From assembly GCA_036172245.1 (NCBI GenBank), contig JAYWIR010000008.1:4464001-4528000 (forward strand): a stretch of 64,000 bases of DNA, given 5' to 3'. Shown here in pieces: positions 37,160 to 50,400 of the stretch; position 1 is the stretch's first letter, and each line of letters opens with the position of its first letter. The notes below the pieces were generated by a model. The model was not told where the DNA came from and made no database searches. It was given only the letters and a program-made list of their open reading frames with translations. The position numbers and the translations under genes are program-made. The stretch comes from Raillietiella orientalis. Its lineage: Eukaryota.

Positions 37160-38300
37160 ACTCGGTGCATCTTGAAAGAGGAAGCCTGGGCTTTGTTTCC
37201 GGATGGCGCGAGCTTGTGGAGTCTGGTGGAAACGCGCTGGTAGATTGGACTGGAGGTCGAGGTGCTCCCGCCCTCGGGAAAACGGGAGAGCTTCCTTGCC
37301 AGAAGTTCCTGCTAATCAGACTCTGCAGACCTCGGAGGAGGCGCGTGACCCAAGGACCTACGTCCTTGGTAGGATGTGGAGTTCGCCGGGATAAGCCTTC
37401 CTTTCGGCACTGGGAGCTCTCGGGACGTCAGGACGCACCTGACTGCTAGCGTTCCGGCCTTTTCGTGGGTCGTAGTTCTGGGGCGATTCGGCTGCGTCGA
37501 TCTGCACCCGGTCGTTGGGACGAGGGGGCGGGGGGAGGGAGTAGCAGCTGGCGCTATCATTCCAGCTGTGTTCAATGCTGCACGAGGACGTCATCACCGC
37601 CATCCTGAAGAGCTTCTGCGCCTGCTTTCTTGGACGCGTCGACTCTTGCTCGTCGCTCTCAGGGTTCCGAGACTTCGGCGGAAAAATTCCTCCGAAGAGA
37701 GTCGGAGAGGGATTGGGAGAACGCGCCTCTAAGTTCCTGTGGGCTTCGCCGAAACCAAGAGACGGTGCAGCGACGAGCGGAGCAGATTCCTTGAAGCCGA
37801 CGCAGAAACCCTCCCTCTTGCATTGGGAGGAAAGCCTGCGACCCCGGTGGCTTCCCTGACTTCTCACCTGCCCTCTCCCTCTGCCTCCAGGGCACGGAAC
37901 CTGGCCCCGAGGCACCTCCTTCCCGAAGGTGGGTGGAGAGCTATCAGCCCCCAGGCGAGGAACCGGGCGCCTGGGAAGGCAGTCGTGGTGGCCCTCGCCT
38001 GGTATCTCAAGACACCTGCGAGGCGGCTGGGCAGCTGCTCGCGCGCCGAAGTAGCTAATCCGCGGCAGCTCCGTGCCTCTAGCGCGTCCCGAGGGCGCGG
38101 CGGAAGGATCTCAGAGGAGCAGCGCCGTGCTTCCTGCTCGCGCGGTCGGCAGCACGGGGTCGCACACATCGGATGACCACCGCAAAGGGGGAGCTCTGGC
38201 GAGAGTGTCTCCTGGCTATTTTGACCCATCCGAACTCGCGGGCCCCCTACTGCGCACGAACTGGCCTCTCATCCGGCCCTATTACAGACGCGTTGCCCTC
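37160..38300 (+). mobile_element. Possible highly decayed L1/Tx1-type LINE ORF2 remnant
   Basis: Fragments in RT order: ALVDW...LGKTG...KFLLIRL (cf. AFDRVDW...LEKxG..KF..WI), GCGVRRDKP (cf. RGVRQGDP), ASKFLWASPKPR (cf. NFLWxxKKPR). Very divergent. Confidence 0.3.
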
Positions 38301-39239
38301 TTCCTGCTTTTGGGGCGGCAAAAGGGGAACCTCGGCTCTACGCTGCCCTGGGTGGGGACCAGTGCCTCTGCTGCTGCTCTCGGACGGTTGCGGGAGGCTC
38401 CTTCCGACCTCTCACGACCCCAAATCATTGTCCCCCTCTATCCTTCTCGCCCTGTTCGCTTCATTTGAAGCGACCCGTTTCCCTTCCCACCTGGGTTCGG
38501 AGAATGTAAGCAGCCAGGAAGGAAGGGCGGGTTCCGGGTGGTGCCCTTGGCGTCCTTGAACTTCCTTCCGCAAACCGCTGGGCCCCCTACCCCTCCATCC
38601 ACGCCCATGCCCCTGCCGCCGTTCGCCGCGGTGCCACGAGTCGAAAAGCGCAGCCGACAAGTTCTCCCCAGCCCGCCAGGAGTCCAGAAAAGTCCATCAG
38701 CAGAAAAGTCCCTACCTCCCACTCGGAGGGACGGGAGGCTGGGGAGGAGAGGAAGGGGTCACCAGAGACTATACGTCCATCAGCAGCTCATACCCCACCT
38801 GGAAGAAGTTTTGCCGTTATCGTCCGAGTTCCGTTCGCTTCCTGGGCAACCCACGCGCTCTTCAAGCAGTCCTCTGAGTGGAGTCGGGGCCATCCGAGGG
38901 AGGAGAAGGGACGCATCCCCGTGCCAGTTCCTTCGGTTCCTTTCTTTCTCCTCCATCCCTTGAGGACCCAATGAAAAAGACCCTCTTAGGCGACTATTGA
39001 CGCCTCCTGTTCGGCGGCTCGCCCGGAAGTCCCTCAGAACCGGCGGAGAGATTCTTCCGGCTCCGCGCGTCCCTGAGCCGCCCGTCCACTCGGAACGACG
39101 CAGGAGATGGTCACAAAGCTTTCTCTGTTCCTCCAGTCGGACGCCCGCATACTCCAGCAGCTCTGGTCACGTGGTCGGAGAAGGCCAGCGGAGGATGGAG
39201 CACATGGCCATGGAGACCGGGTCCGCGGGACTCCCCGCT

Positions 39240-39440
39240 TATCAATGGGCAAAGACGCAACGGTGCCCGATGCCTCTTAGTGACCGCGGGGAAACAAAGG
39301 CAGAACAGCCGCCACGCTACCACGGACGCGTGCATCCGGAGCAGCTGAACCAGGGTGCTCGCGCTCCGCAGTCGTATGCATCGAGAGAGAGAGAGATGAG
39401 TTTTATGATGGCTCCGGAGTTCAACATTTCGAGGCGGCAT
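39240..39440 (+). repeat. Dispersed ~200-bp repeat, copy A (partner 42850-43050); possibly an RTE-like LINE 3' remnant
   Basis: Shared blocks such as ccacgct[a/g]c[c/t]acggac[g/a]cgtgcatccggag[c/a]agctg and gatgagttt[t/c]atgatggctc. Translates PPRYHGRVH / PPRCYGHVH, reminiscent of RTE RLRWYGHV. Confidence 0.6.
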
Positions 39441-39455
39441 GTTGAGCTCCGAAAA

Positions 39456-40048
39456 GGCCCGCGTTGTCTGTAGCCTCCGCGAGTGGCGCCAGGAGTCGCG
39501 GGTTAGAATCCCGCCTGGAGGAAGATCGGCGTCAGAGAAATGGGGGGTGCGTCGTGGATTCCAGTCTCCCCCGCAGGATGACGCTGGTTGACCTATGACC
39601 TATTCGAAAGCGGATACGGGTACTGATGGAAGCCGGCTGCAATCGTTGACTGGCCGGGATTGGAAGTCGACCCTCCAGGGTCCTTCTAGGAACCCCAGAG
39701 GGAGCCGTACCTCTGTCGAAGGGTTGCTTCTCCAGAGTGCCAAGAAGCGCTCTTCAGGGAAATTGGGAAGCATTCCTTCGGGATTCTCTTCAGAGGAGGA
39801 AGCAGAGAGCGGATTCTTTTCGGAGGGTCCCTCCGAAGAGAATAAGGAAGAGGTGGTTTCCTTCAGGGTTTGCTCTCAAGGGTGAGAGTACGGACTTTTT
39901 CCTCCGAAGCACTTCCTGGATTCATAGGGTGGTTCCCTACCAGGGTACCCCCTAACTTGAAGAGTCACACGCACCCCGAACAGCGTCAAAGAGCTCCGTG
40001 ACCCCCTCCCCTCCCCTAGGGAGGCGAATGGTTCTTTAACACTTGGCA
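39456..40048 (+). mobile_element. tRNA-headed SINE-like repeat, copy 2
   Basis: B-box-like GGGTTAGAATCCC at 39500-39512, core at 39629-39677, 3' body shared with copy 3, A-rich stretch at 40081-40102. Confidence 0.65.
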
Positions 40049-40425
40049 AACTTCCCCTCCCCTCTACCCCTCTCCCCTCTAAAAAAAGAAAAAAGAAAAG
40101 AAGGGGCCCAACATTCCACATTGCAGCGACTATCCCCCGTCACGCTGTTTCCACCGCCCCGGCGCCCCTAGCCGAGCGGCATGATGAACCGTGCGATCAG
40201 CGTGGCCACCGTAATGACTCCGAGTCTCCACGCCGCGTTACGCAACGCTCCAAGGTCCAGCAGAAATTAATTGGAGTGCGCGAGAGTTCCGATGATAACT
40301 GAGCGACGATGAATTATCTGCAGATGATACACGCCTTGATTCATCATTTCATAAGCAGCACATGAGGTTATCAGGATGCTTCCCGAGTTACATGCTATTT
40401 ATTGGACAGGACAATGGTACATGCT

Positions 40426-41230
40426 GGCATCCGCGTTGACGACCGTGTGGCTGCGGCCTCCGCGTGTGGCACGGAGCTTCGCAGGTTCGAATTCCACCCG
40501 GGGAACGATCGTCTCCGCGAAATCGTGGGCGCCCCGTGGGTTTCAAATCCCCCCCGTAGGATGGCGCTGGATGGCCTATTCGAGTGCGGGCACTAATGGA
40601 AGCCGACTGCTATCGTTGACTGGCCGGGATTGGAAGTCGACACTCCGGGGTGCCTTCCAAGAATCGAGGAAATCGAGGAGCCGCTTTCCTTCGGGTTCCC
40701 CTTCGGTTGTGCGAATGGAGCCGTCCCCCATCCCTCAGGGGATGACCTCCATCTCGTATCATCGATGTGGTGGATTGATATTTCTTCCGAGTTGAAGAAG
40801 CGAATCGCTCCCTTCGGAGGAATTGGGAAGCATCCCTTCGAAGTTCTCTTCAGAGGAGGACAGAGGGAGCAGATCCTTTCCGGGGGTCTCCCCGGAGAAT
40901 AAATTTCAGGAGGGAACCCTTTCCGAGCAGTTTCCAGGAAACGAGCAGTTCCTTCCCCCTCCAGGGGGTCCCTCCGTAGAGAATAAGGAAGAGGTTCCCT
41001 CTGGGGTTCCCTTCGGAGACAACTAGGGCGAGGGTTCCCTTAGATTCTCTCCCGAGCGTGAGAGGAAGGGACTCTATCCTCGAGGTCTTCCTGGGTTCTA
41101 TGTTGGTCCCTCCAGGGCACGCCCTATGACTTGAAGAGTTCCAATTCACCCGCGGGTGGCATGGACAGCGTCGAAGAGCTCCGTGAGTCCCCTCTGAGGA
41201 GGCGAATGGTTCTTCAGCGCTCCTTGACGA
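40426..41230 (+). mobile_element. tRNA-headed SINE-like repeat, copy 3 (longest)
   Basis: A-box-like TGACGACCGTGTGG, B box GGTTCGAATTCC at 40484-40495, core at 40599-40647, A-rich tail at ~41233-41250. Confidence 0.65.
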
Positions 41231-42849
41231 CCGGAAAAAAAGAAGAAGCTGGAAGGAAGCAGCGAAAACAGGAGAGCAAGAAAAGATTTCCATCATCAGC
41301 ATCGTCGCGTCATTCAACGATCCCGATGGAAGTTTCGAGATGCTCTTGGGCCCAGCCTCGTGACCTTTCGGGATGCGTTATCTGGCGAAGAGGCACGACT
41401 GGACCAGCCGATCGAGTCTCGGGACAGGGTCGCCAATCAGACTGCGGATGCTTCCCGCTCGCTTCCCAGGATCACGTGAGCGCGCTTCCTTGTTCGTCAA
41501 CTCCGCGGGAGGCGCTCGAGCGACGTTGCCGGGGCTCGGGCAGCTCCGTGGAGACGGGACGCGCGCCCGGGCTTGGCGGACGACGGAAGGCTGAGGGTCG
41601 CGAGCGAGGAGGAGACGCCCTCTGGGTCTTACTAAAGGCCTGTCCCTGACCTTCCCTGGGGCCACGACTTTCCCTCTCGGCAGCCGTTTGCGAGGGCGGG
41701 CGACTCCCGGGCTCGACGCTCCTCCGGTCGGTTCCGGTGCTCCCGCAGTTCCCTCCCGAAAGGGCGCGGTGCAGCTCCGGCACTGGAGGTGGACCCGGTC
41801 GCTGTCATCGCGGCCGTCATCATCTCTGAGGGGCACATGGAGGGCTACTCGCTTGCCCAGGGATCCCGTACGACACCGCATCCCTCCTAGGTTCTCGTCC
41901 CGGTTCCCCTTCCCGTCGTCTTCTTCCTTCTTCGGAGTAGCGGGGACGCAACCCAGAACCCTGAGCCTGCTTGGGAAGACCAAGGACCTCATCGAGATGC
42001 GCGCGACAACAGCCCTCCGTCGAGGAGGAACGGGGAGGGCAGGTCTGGAGATCGTTCTCAGCTGCTCCGAGAGTTTCTTTCCCTTTCTTTATGGGATCGA
42101 ACGCTCCGTGGAGCGGAGATGTGTTTCTGACAACCTCGAAGTGGCAACGGTGAGATAGGTGCCTGGGATGCCGAGGATGGCAACCTCCCGAGGTCATCCC
42201 AGACGTCTTTTCCGGTCCCTTCCTTTGTCTTCCTTGTTCTGGAAAGCGCGCCTCGGATCCTCCTGATATGATTCTCCTTCGGAGGGGTCACGTGACTTCC
42301 CAGGAGCACGCAGCCTCTCGGAAGGACACAGTGGGAACGCAGGCCGACCCAGGCATCTTTCACCTTCACTCGTCCTCTGGACCCATACGAGCTTGTCGTC
42401 ATGACAACAGCGCGGATATTTCGCGGTGCATGCCATCCCCGAAAGCGGTTAGGACTGCTTTGTGTTCCTCATCGTCAGAAGCCTGGAAGGAAGACGGAAG
42501 AGGAGGAGGAGGGGGAGATGGATTCCAGAAAGGATTTTCGAAAAGGCAAGAGGAAGCACGTGATCAGTCCCTCACTTCACCAAGGGGACGATAGGGATGC
42601 CCTACCATGGAGTGCTAGCTGCCGACTTGTTTACTGCAGCAGGCGATCGCCTGCGCAACGCCTCCTTCCTGAATTCGGACCGCAATTGTTGCATTCGTGG
42701 CAAGCGATGACGCAGCCATGGTGCATCACGAAACTCGCTGATCCCTCACGTCGCTGTGTCGCCAACTGCACCGCACGCACATTTCCGTCCGCAGACCCAC
42801 AGGTGTGACAGCCAGGTGCAGAGCCAGATGCAGAGATGAATGGGCAGAT

Positions 42850-43050
42850 GGATGTGGACAGAGATGCAAGGGCGTCCGGAGCCACCCAATGACCGCGAGG
42901 AAGAAAAGACGGAACCTCCTCCACGCTGCTACGGACACGTGCATCCGGAGAAGCTGGACTGGAGTGCTCGCTCGCCGGATGTCGGTGGAAGGAAGGGAGA
43001 TGATGAGTTTCATGATGGCTCTAAGGTTCAGCATCTTTCGAGGCTGTGGT
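42850..43050 (+). repeat. Dispersed ~200-bp repeat, copy B (partner 39240-39440)
   Basis: Clearly alignable to copy A in direct orientation. Confidence 0.6.
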
Positions 43051-43349
43051 CCGGTCTGAAAGGGACCGCCGTGCCTTTGCCCGCGATGCCAAGGGCGATC
43101 CACTTCTTCGGCTAGCTACACAGCAGTCCACCACCCCACTTCACACAAGCGGCTCGTTCCAGTAGATGGCATGTTCCATCACGACGCGACACGCTTTTCC
43201 TCCCCAGCTGACCACGCCAGCAAGTTGGAACTAGCATTCATCACGGTTTTAATGAGGTCCCAGGAAGATACCTGGGTAGGCACCTAGCAAACAGCAGCTT
43301 AAAGGCGGAAGAATAGGGGAAATGGGGGGAGAGGCAGGAGAAGGAAGGA

Positions 43350-43640
43350 GATGACGGCAGGTCTAGAATAGCTGGAATTTCCTGGGGATTCCAAATACTG
43401 CTGAAAGACGGGCCGACGTGGACCTCTGGAATGCCTGGCACACCCCGCAGAGGCGTCGCCTGAGATGATCGGAAAAGGCGTGGTTCCCCGAGAATGTGAG
43501 GAGATCTTACGAAGCCGTTGGGACTGAGCATCGGAGGAGGCGATCCAGAGGACCAGGCAGCGAGGCAGTCGTGCAAAGGAGCGGAGAGGGAGAGCGCGCG
43601 AGGCGGCGGGAGGGCAGGACGGGAAGCCCTGAAGGTCATC
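43350..43640 (+). mobile_element. RTE-clade LINE 3'-ORF remnant
   Basis: RIAGISW (cf. RILGISWxD), QRRRLR* (cf. RRRLRW, TGG>TGA) and GERARRREGR (cf. GKRPRGRP) occur in the correct order. Confidence 0.4.
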
Positions 43641-44264
43641 TAGGATATCGAATGAGCCTCTTCGGACGCTTCGCAGGTCTTCCAGAAGCAGCGCGCCCGG
43701 TGGCTGGCACTTCGGGCAGAATGACCGGGAAAGCGTCGGTAGCGCCTGCAGCAACCGATTCGCGTGGCGCCCACGAGCCCATGATTTGCCTGGGGGTAGG
43801 CCGAAGGGCTCATGTTCCCGAAAGGAATGCCGAGAAGGCTGGAGGAAATCGTAAAGAGCTCCTCCACACTTTCGTGTGTGCGAACACACTGAAAGGTTTA
43901 CTGAGGCAACGGAAAGCAGCAGCGTCCCTCAGCCACCGGCAGGAGGAAGACTTTCATCGACTCTCCGAAAGGGCAAGGCAATCCTCAGGAGCTCCTCCAG
44001 GCCATTTGCAGAAGTGCTTTGGCACGAGAGGCTAGGATCGCAAGGTGTACCGTAGGCTGCAGGATGCAAGGTGGCCCCAAGTGCACCTCGGGCTGCTCAT
44101 CGTCCAAGCACCACGAGGTGACCTGCTCGCTACCTGATGTACCTGTCTCCGGGTCACCCGGAGTGAGAGAAATCTGAAGGGCAACAGCAGCAAGGGACGG
44201 GGAAGGGACGTCCAAGGGAATCACTGGCAACTTTGGGAAGGGCGACGAAAGGGTCTGTCGCTGG

Positions 44265-44476
44265 CCTTTCGAGATGGAACTCGAAGGTGCTTCAAGGATA
44301 TAAGGGATGCGGAAGTCCATGGCAAGAATATCGGCGGAAGAGGAGGGAAATGAAGGTAAGAAGGAAGAAAGCTTTGTCCGCTCTCTACCCAGAGTTTGTT
44401 GCCCTCTGAGGAGAAGGTGGGAAGAGGGGGATTGCCGGTCCCCTTTCGAGATGGAACTCGAAGGAGCTGCAAGGAT
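44265..44476 (+). repeat. 35-bp direct repeat (44265-44299 and 44442-44476)
   Basis: cctttcgagatggaactcgaagg[t/a]gct[t/g]caaggat, 2 mismatches; each copy has an internal ttcgag/ctcgaa stem. Confidence 0.85.
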
Positions 44477-47400
44477 GGGAGGGTCTGAGTCGTTGCTGCT
44501 CAGCCACATTACAAACAACCGAAGCATCGATCGATAGCTACGAGGCCCCACTACTGCATCTCCTGCGTCGCTAGGAAAAGAGAAGCAGAGCTGGCTGGCA
44601 TCACCTGAGCGACCATTGCAAGCGCTGCTTCACCATCGTCTTCGGGTGAAGGAAACGAAGAGATTCCCCCTCCCACGCGCTGGACATTCGGGCGATCCCT
44701 GGCGCGAGCAAACCTAATCCCGCCCAAGCCGTCCGGTCTCTGAGCGGAGCGCCCTGGCACGTTCCCACGCGGAGGATTTCCTGGGGAACACCAGTTTCAC
44801 TCGCATTTTCGCTAGGTTTCCTCCTCTGGACGCCCCGCGTTCCTCAAGAACGGATCTCGGCAGGGGATGAGAGAGGAGTTCCTACCGCTGGCATCCGGGA
44901 CGGGGAGGGGGTGGGGTGACCAGAGTGGGCGTGCTGACGTTCGGCCTTTCGAGAGGGCATCTCCTGAAACGAGCTCCCTCGTCTTCGTTCCGTGTAGACT
45001 TCCGCCTCTCCCTAGCGCGTCCGGCCACCGCTCCTGACGCGCCCTTCCGCTGCGCCTCTCCCGCGCGGAGGGTTCTCCCCTCGCGCCCCTTCCGTCAACG
45101 CCGCGGAAGACGTGTGACGCGGCCCCTCAGATTGCGGGAGGCTGTGTCGGGGGATCCGCGGAAGTCTGGCGATGGTTAAGGAGGGATCCGAGAGCTCTCA
45201 GCGGCTTAGGAAAGGAGCGGTAGGGGTGAGGGATGGTGGCGGTGGTACGCCCCGCCCCCGCCTGCGTCGTCTTCGCGAGCACATCATCCGTCTCTTTCTC
45301 TCTGAGGGCGCGTGCGCCTGGGAAGCGGGCGGACGTGCGCAGTCAGTTACGCAGCCGCGCGCTGCTTCCACTGGTTCATCCCTTCCCCTCGTCCGCCGCG
45401 CACGCCCCCGCGCGGTTGATCCCGCCATCTGGCGGTGAAGACGACGTTTCACGTAGCTCTGAGGCGGCGCCGTCGTATTTGCGCAGGAGCACCCAGGAAG
45501 TGACGACGCAGGTTGCGGCCGCGAGGCAGGGAAAAGCTCGGAGAAGAGGGGAGCTTCCTGGCCCACGGCGTGGGTGGCTGGCGAAGGTCGAGAGCTCAGC
45601 AGCTTCCCCCGTCGCTCTTCAAGAAGTCCCACAGCCGCCGTCAAAGCGCGCCCTTCTCCCTCCTCCTGCGGACCGTCGGTGGGCCCCACTTCCTGACTTT
45701 CGGCAATCGGCTCCACGGGGCTCCTTGGCAACAGGACTGGAGGGGCGACTGGGCTTCCTACTCGCGAGACCTCTCTCCCCAGCACCGTTCACCTCTCGAG
45801 ACGTTCCTTCTGCGCAAGCCCTTGGCGGGTGTACCGGATGCCCTTTCCGCCCTCTGCGGAGGGACGAGGAGGAGGAGGAGGGAGCTGTCGGACCTTACTG
45901 GAGCCCATTCCGCGCCGAAGCAGCACTCCGGGAAGCTCCGAGAGGAATCGAAGCCGAGGTCGCGAAGGCGAGAGCAGCGGACAGAGGAGAAACAACCGTT
46001 CCTTCCTCATCCGCGGGAACCGGGACAACCTCTGCACCTGTCCCCTATCTCCCTTTCTCCTCCATGCACTCGGCGTAGACTCTCAGCGGCTTGTCGGGCG
46101 CCACCGCGGAGAGTCCGCGGAGCGGTGCCTCCCTGCCCACGGGGCTTCGAGGAGGCCAGAGGGAGTGCGAGTTCCTCCTCCTCTCCCTCCTTCTCCTCTC
46201 CATTCCAATGTTCTCCCCCGTCATCAGCCTACTCCTCCTTGTGAAGCTCGCCGTCATCGCCATCAGCTTCTTCGCCTCCCTCCTTCTCATCATCCTGATA
46301 CTCCTCTTCAACGCCGCCTTGACAACGCGTGTCCTAGAGGGCCAGGCCTCGCACAGCCGCCCATTCGGTCCTCGTCCCACGAACGAACCCGTTTCAGCTC
46401 TCGGGCACGAGCGCGGAAGTGGGAAGCAACCACCCCGCAGCATCTCTCCTCGCTGACCAGGACGGCTCCACTAGAGAGGGACGTGCGTGCGCCATGCAGC
46501 GCAGGGCATCGTCGTCGCCCTCTGGTGCCTTCCGCCAGCCAGATGAAGGTGCTCAGACGGAGTTGAGAGCTACGAGAAGAGAGGGAGGGGAGGGAGCGTG
46601 CAGCTTTCCACGCTGAGGGAGGGGAAAGGTCAAGCTGGGTGACGACAGTGACCTGGAGAGAGCTGCGAGCTGCGGATGCAGAGCATTCCTTGCAGAGGGT
46701 CCGGAAAGGCTTTCTCTGGTCTCTCTTCCACGCTGTGGGATGGCGACGACGGCCGTTCGAGCTGCGCGGTCGGTCACCCGGCGGCGTGGTGGGCGGGAGC
46801 GTCTTCGCCGTCGCGAAAAGCAGCATCCGCACCATCGCTACAGGCGCGACCGTTCAAGGGAGGAGGACGGCGCGCGAGGACCGCAGCCACAGGAACCGCG
46901 ACGGTCTTCGAGAGCAGGGGGAGGAGGAAGGGAGCACCGTCGTCGAGTAGTCCGAAGCACGGGCCCCGTACTTTCCCTTGCTCCCTCCTCTCCCCCGTAT
47001 CTTCTACTCCGCGAATTTCCTCTAAAGCGGAGGCAGGTCCGCTCCCCTCCGCTGGGTGAAGTTCCCGGAGCTATAGGAACCCTGGGAGAGCTTCCGGAGG
47101 AAGAGAACGAGCCAGGAGTCACGCGGGGAACCCCCGGAACTCCTGCGTGTTGAGGACGCACTGGCGCACCCCTTCACCGCAGAGTAGTTCACTGCCCGCT
47201 CTCAGGAGCGACAGGGACGAAGGTCGGAAGGTCTCCATCCCTCACCCTCGCCTCCACTTCGAGTGGATGCGTCCAAGCGCCATCCTTCTCGGCACCGGGA
47301 TCACGGGAAGGGATCCACCTTCTCCACCCCGCGGCGAAGATTCATCTGGGCGCGTCAAGGGAGGGAATCCTTTGCCGTCGCCGCCGCGCGCGGGCGCACC

Positions 47401-50400
47401 CGACGACGGCGAGATGGCGGCGGCGGCGGCAGGGATATCCGATTTCTTACCCTAGACGTCTCCTCGGGTCGCTGGCGCTTCCCACGCTCCTTCCTCAGGA
47501 GCGGCTCCGACGGCGGCGCTCTCATTCCGAGATATGTCCGGAGCGGAGCGCGTGGGGCTCTGGCGATCGGGAACCGACTAGGAGGCGCCGGGCAGCGAAA
47601 CAGGGAGTTCCCCCCTTCTCCCCTCCCTTCCTCTTTGCTTCCGTTTCCGTGCAGGTTCCTGTCATTAATCCAGAAGGCACCGAGGGTGACTCGGTATTTT
47701 TGGGGGTAAGGACCGGGGAAGTGGCAGCGGAGCTCCTCCCTTGACTCTCCACGAGATGGGGAGGGAAAGAGTGTGCCGACCGAGTAGTCAGCGTCGTTGA
47801 GCGCGCGCGAGTTCTCCTCCTCCCCCTCCCTCAAAGGAGAGGGGAGAAAGGAGCCGAATCGTCGGATGTTCTGAACCTTCGGGAGGAAAGGGGGGAAGAA
47901 GGGGAACTGGTGAATGGCCGCCCCCCGCAGTCCACCTCGAGGGCGAGCTGTGTCTCCGGCGGGCTGTCAGAGATACTTCGCTCCCAGTTCGCTAATCCCG
48001 GGGGACAACGGGTTCCAGTAGCTCTTGGCCGACCCCAAAAAGAGTTAGGCTCGCCAGTCTCCCTTAGGCGGTGGTTTCCCTATCCTCTTCCCAACTCCAT
48101 GGGCCTCTATCGCTCCTTCCCTCTCCCCTTCGAAGCTCCCTCTCCTTCCATGCGTCCGGGGCTCGGCCGGCGCCTGGCTTCCACCGGAACCGCGGTGGCG
48201 AACGCTCCGTATCTGAGGAAGCATCCGGAAGAGAAGAGCAGGGATGAGTGCGCGGCTGAGAGAGGCTGAGCTCCCTGTGGCTGCAGAAGAGCTGCTGCTG
48301 TTCCATGTGAAGACTCTTCGGGAGAGGCACTGGAGGAGGGTAGAAGGGGGAAGGATCGAGGAGGAGGACGGCAGAGACAGTGAGAAGGGGAGAAGATTCG
48401 CAGCTTCTGAGCAGCTGGGGCCCTGGACAACCTGGCGCAGCAGCTGCAACCCATCCGAGATCTCCGTCGCCCACGAGAAGCCACGTCGCAGGAGAGAAGC
48501 AGCCGTTCGCTACGTATGAACTCACAGGGGAACTTCGATCCAGAAAGGACACAAGGGGGGGGGGGTTCCCCGATTGGCCCGTCGTAGGCGGCCGGTGGCG
48601 GCAGAGCAAGGTTGCCGACTCCTCCGCTGCCCAGCCGGCGTCTCTGCTCCCAGCCCTCGGGCACGCGCGACCGCGGTGCACGCAGCGAAACCTCCACCGA
48701 TCGCTGTCGTCGCGATTCCAACCTCGCGGAGGCTTTTTCTTGCCTGCGAGAAAAAAAAGGCCTCGGTGAGTCCTGCGCCAAGCCGAGGCCTGAACACTGC
48801 CCGAGGGGATGAAAAAGGAGGGATTCGCCTCCGCGAGGTTGGCATCGCGACGCCGGCGAAGGAGGGAGAGGTCACGGAGAGGACCGAGTGGGCATCGGTG
48901 GCGATCCCCAGGGGAAAGCAGACGCTCCTAGAGGTCAAGGAGTGCTGCGACCCGTCCATGAGTGTTCCCGATAATCAACGGTTCCCAGGATTTGCCGCCA
49001 CGGAAGGGGCGAGGGGCAGAATTGTGGAAGCTTGGAAGCGGGGCGGAGAGGCACGAGGGGTGGCGAGTAGGGGGAGATCTGAATTCCTACGCTTTCTCAT
49101 TCACCAATCTTCGCAACTCCACCTCCTTCGAGAAAGAGGAGGGGTTTCCCGGAGGGGGGTCGGGGGGGCAGATCGAGCTCGCATCCCGTTCGGCACCCAC
49201 CAGGGAAGGAACTCCAGGGGCATCATCGCACTTGAGGTCACCCCGGGCGGCGGCGGATTCAGCTGCAGCTTGGACTGCACCGCTCCTCGAGGGTAAAAGC
49301 GTCCCAACGACGTGGGCGCCGCGGAGGACTCGTCTCGTTGGGAAGCCCGGGACCTCCAGACGCCCGCAAACGAGCATAGAGGGATCGGGAGTGTGTGTGT
49401 GTGTGGGGGGTCGACCACGCCTTTTCACACCCGAAGGCTTCAGGGAGATGTCACGCCTCCCCCATTCCAACTCCTTCTCCCCTCTCTCTTCCCCTCCCTC
49501 CCCCTGTTTCTTCCTTCCATTCCCCTTCCGGGAGCACTTTCAGCAGGGACGCATCCGAGGAGCACCAATCTCCCTACGGGGCGTTTCCCTAGCGAAGCTG
49601 AATCTCCCCTTTCCCCCATCCCTCCTCCCTCGGCGGTCAGGATTGCATCCAGGAAGACCGGTGACCTTCGACCTGGACTGAGAAGGGGTGCGACTGCCCC
49701 ACGGGACTCCTGGGAGCGGGCGGTGGAAATCTCGGGGAAGTCCAAGCGACAGTCTCGGCGGCCTCAGCCTCTCCCCCCTCCTTCGCTCCCTGCGAGGAAC
49801 CCTCCCACCCCAGGGATGTTCAGCAGGGTCTCTGTGCGGACTGCGTGGCTCGGATCTCTGGACCTGCAGAGTGCGAGGCCTCGCGGCCAGAGGGTGCTCA
49901 CGCTCCAAGAGCCTCCCCCTCCTCTGTTGGGGGAGAGAGAGGTTCCCTCCCTCTACCCCTGCACCTCTATTTGCTCGCCTTGTCCCCATCTCCTTCACCC
50001 TCTATTCCCCTTCCTCCAATCCCTATCTGCTCCTGCCCCAGAACTCTTTGCGCTTTCTTAGGACTCTGGGGGGGCATCGCCTCGTGTCCCCTCTCTTTCT
50101 CCTGACCCTTCCCCCCGGCGCCTCTCCCTGACCATGATCCCAGAGGCAAATGCAATGGCTTTCTTATTGCGTGCTCCTACTTGAGGGGAGAGGCGGTGTC
50201 TCCCTAGGCTTCCCCAGTAGCTCTCTCCTTTCTGTGGGCTTTCCCTCCATGAGGATGAGGGGGGAGGGAGGCGCAAGAGTACGCCTCTCATCCCCTTGGG
50301 GGCTTCCGAGGGGCCTCTGGTGGGCAGAGCTGGATCCCCTCCCACCTGTAGGAGTTTTTCCCTCCGGAATCCCGCGGAGTGGGGCAAAACCGCCCGCACC

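Noticed and set aside
40426..40500. tRNA gene
   Set aside because: A B box is present but there is no complete cloverleaf, and it continues into a dispersed repeat body, so it was treated as a SINE head.
46091..46456. Hydrophobic Leu-rich ORF resembling a membrane protein
   Set aside because: Arises from CTC/CAT-rich low-complexity sequence (antisense of a GAG/GAT-rich stretch); no splice or homology support.
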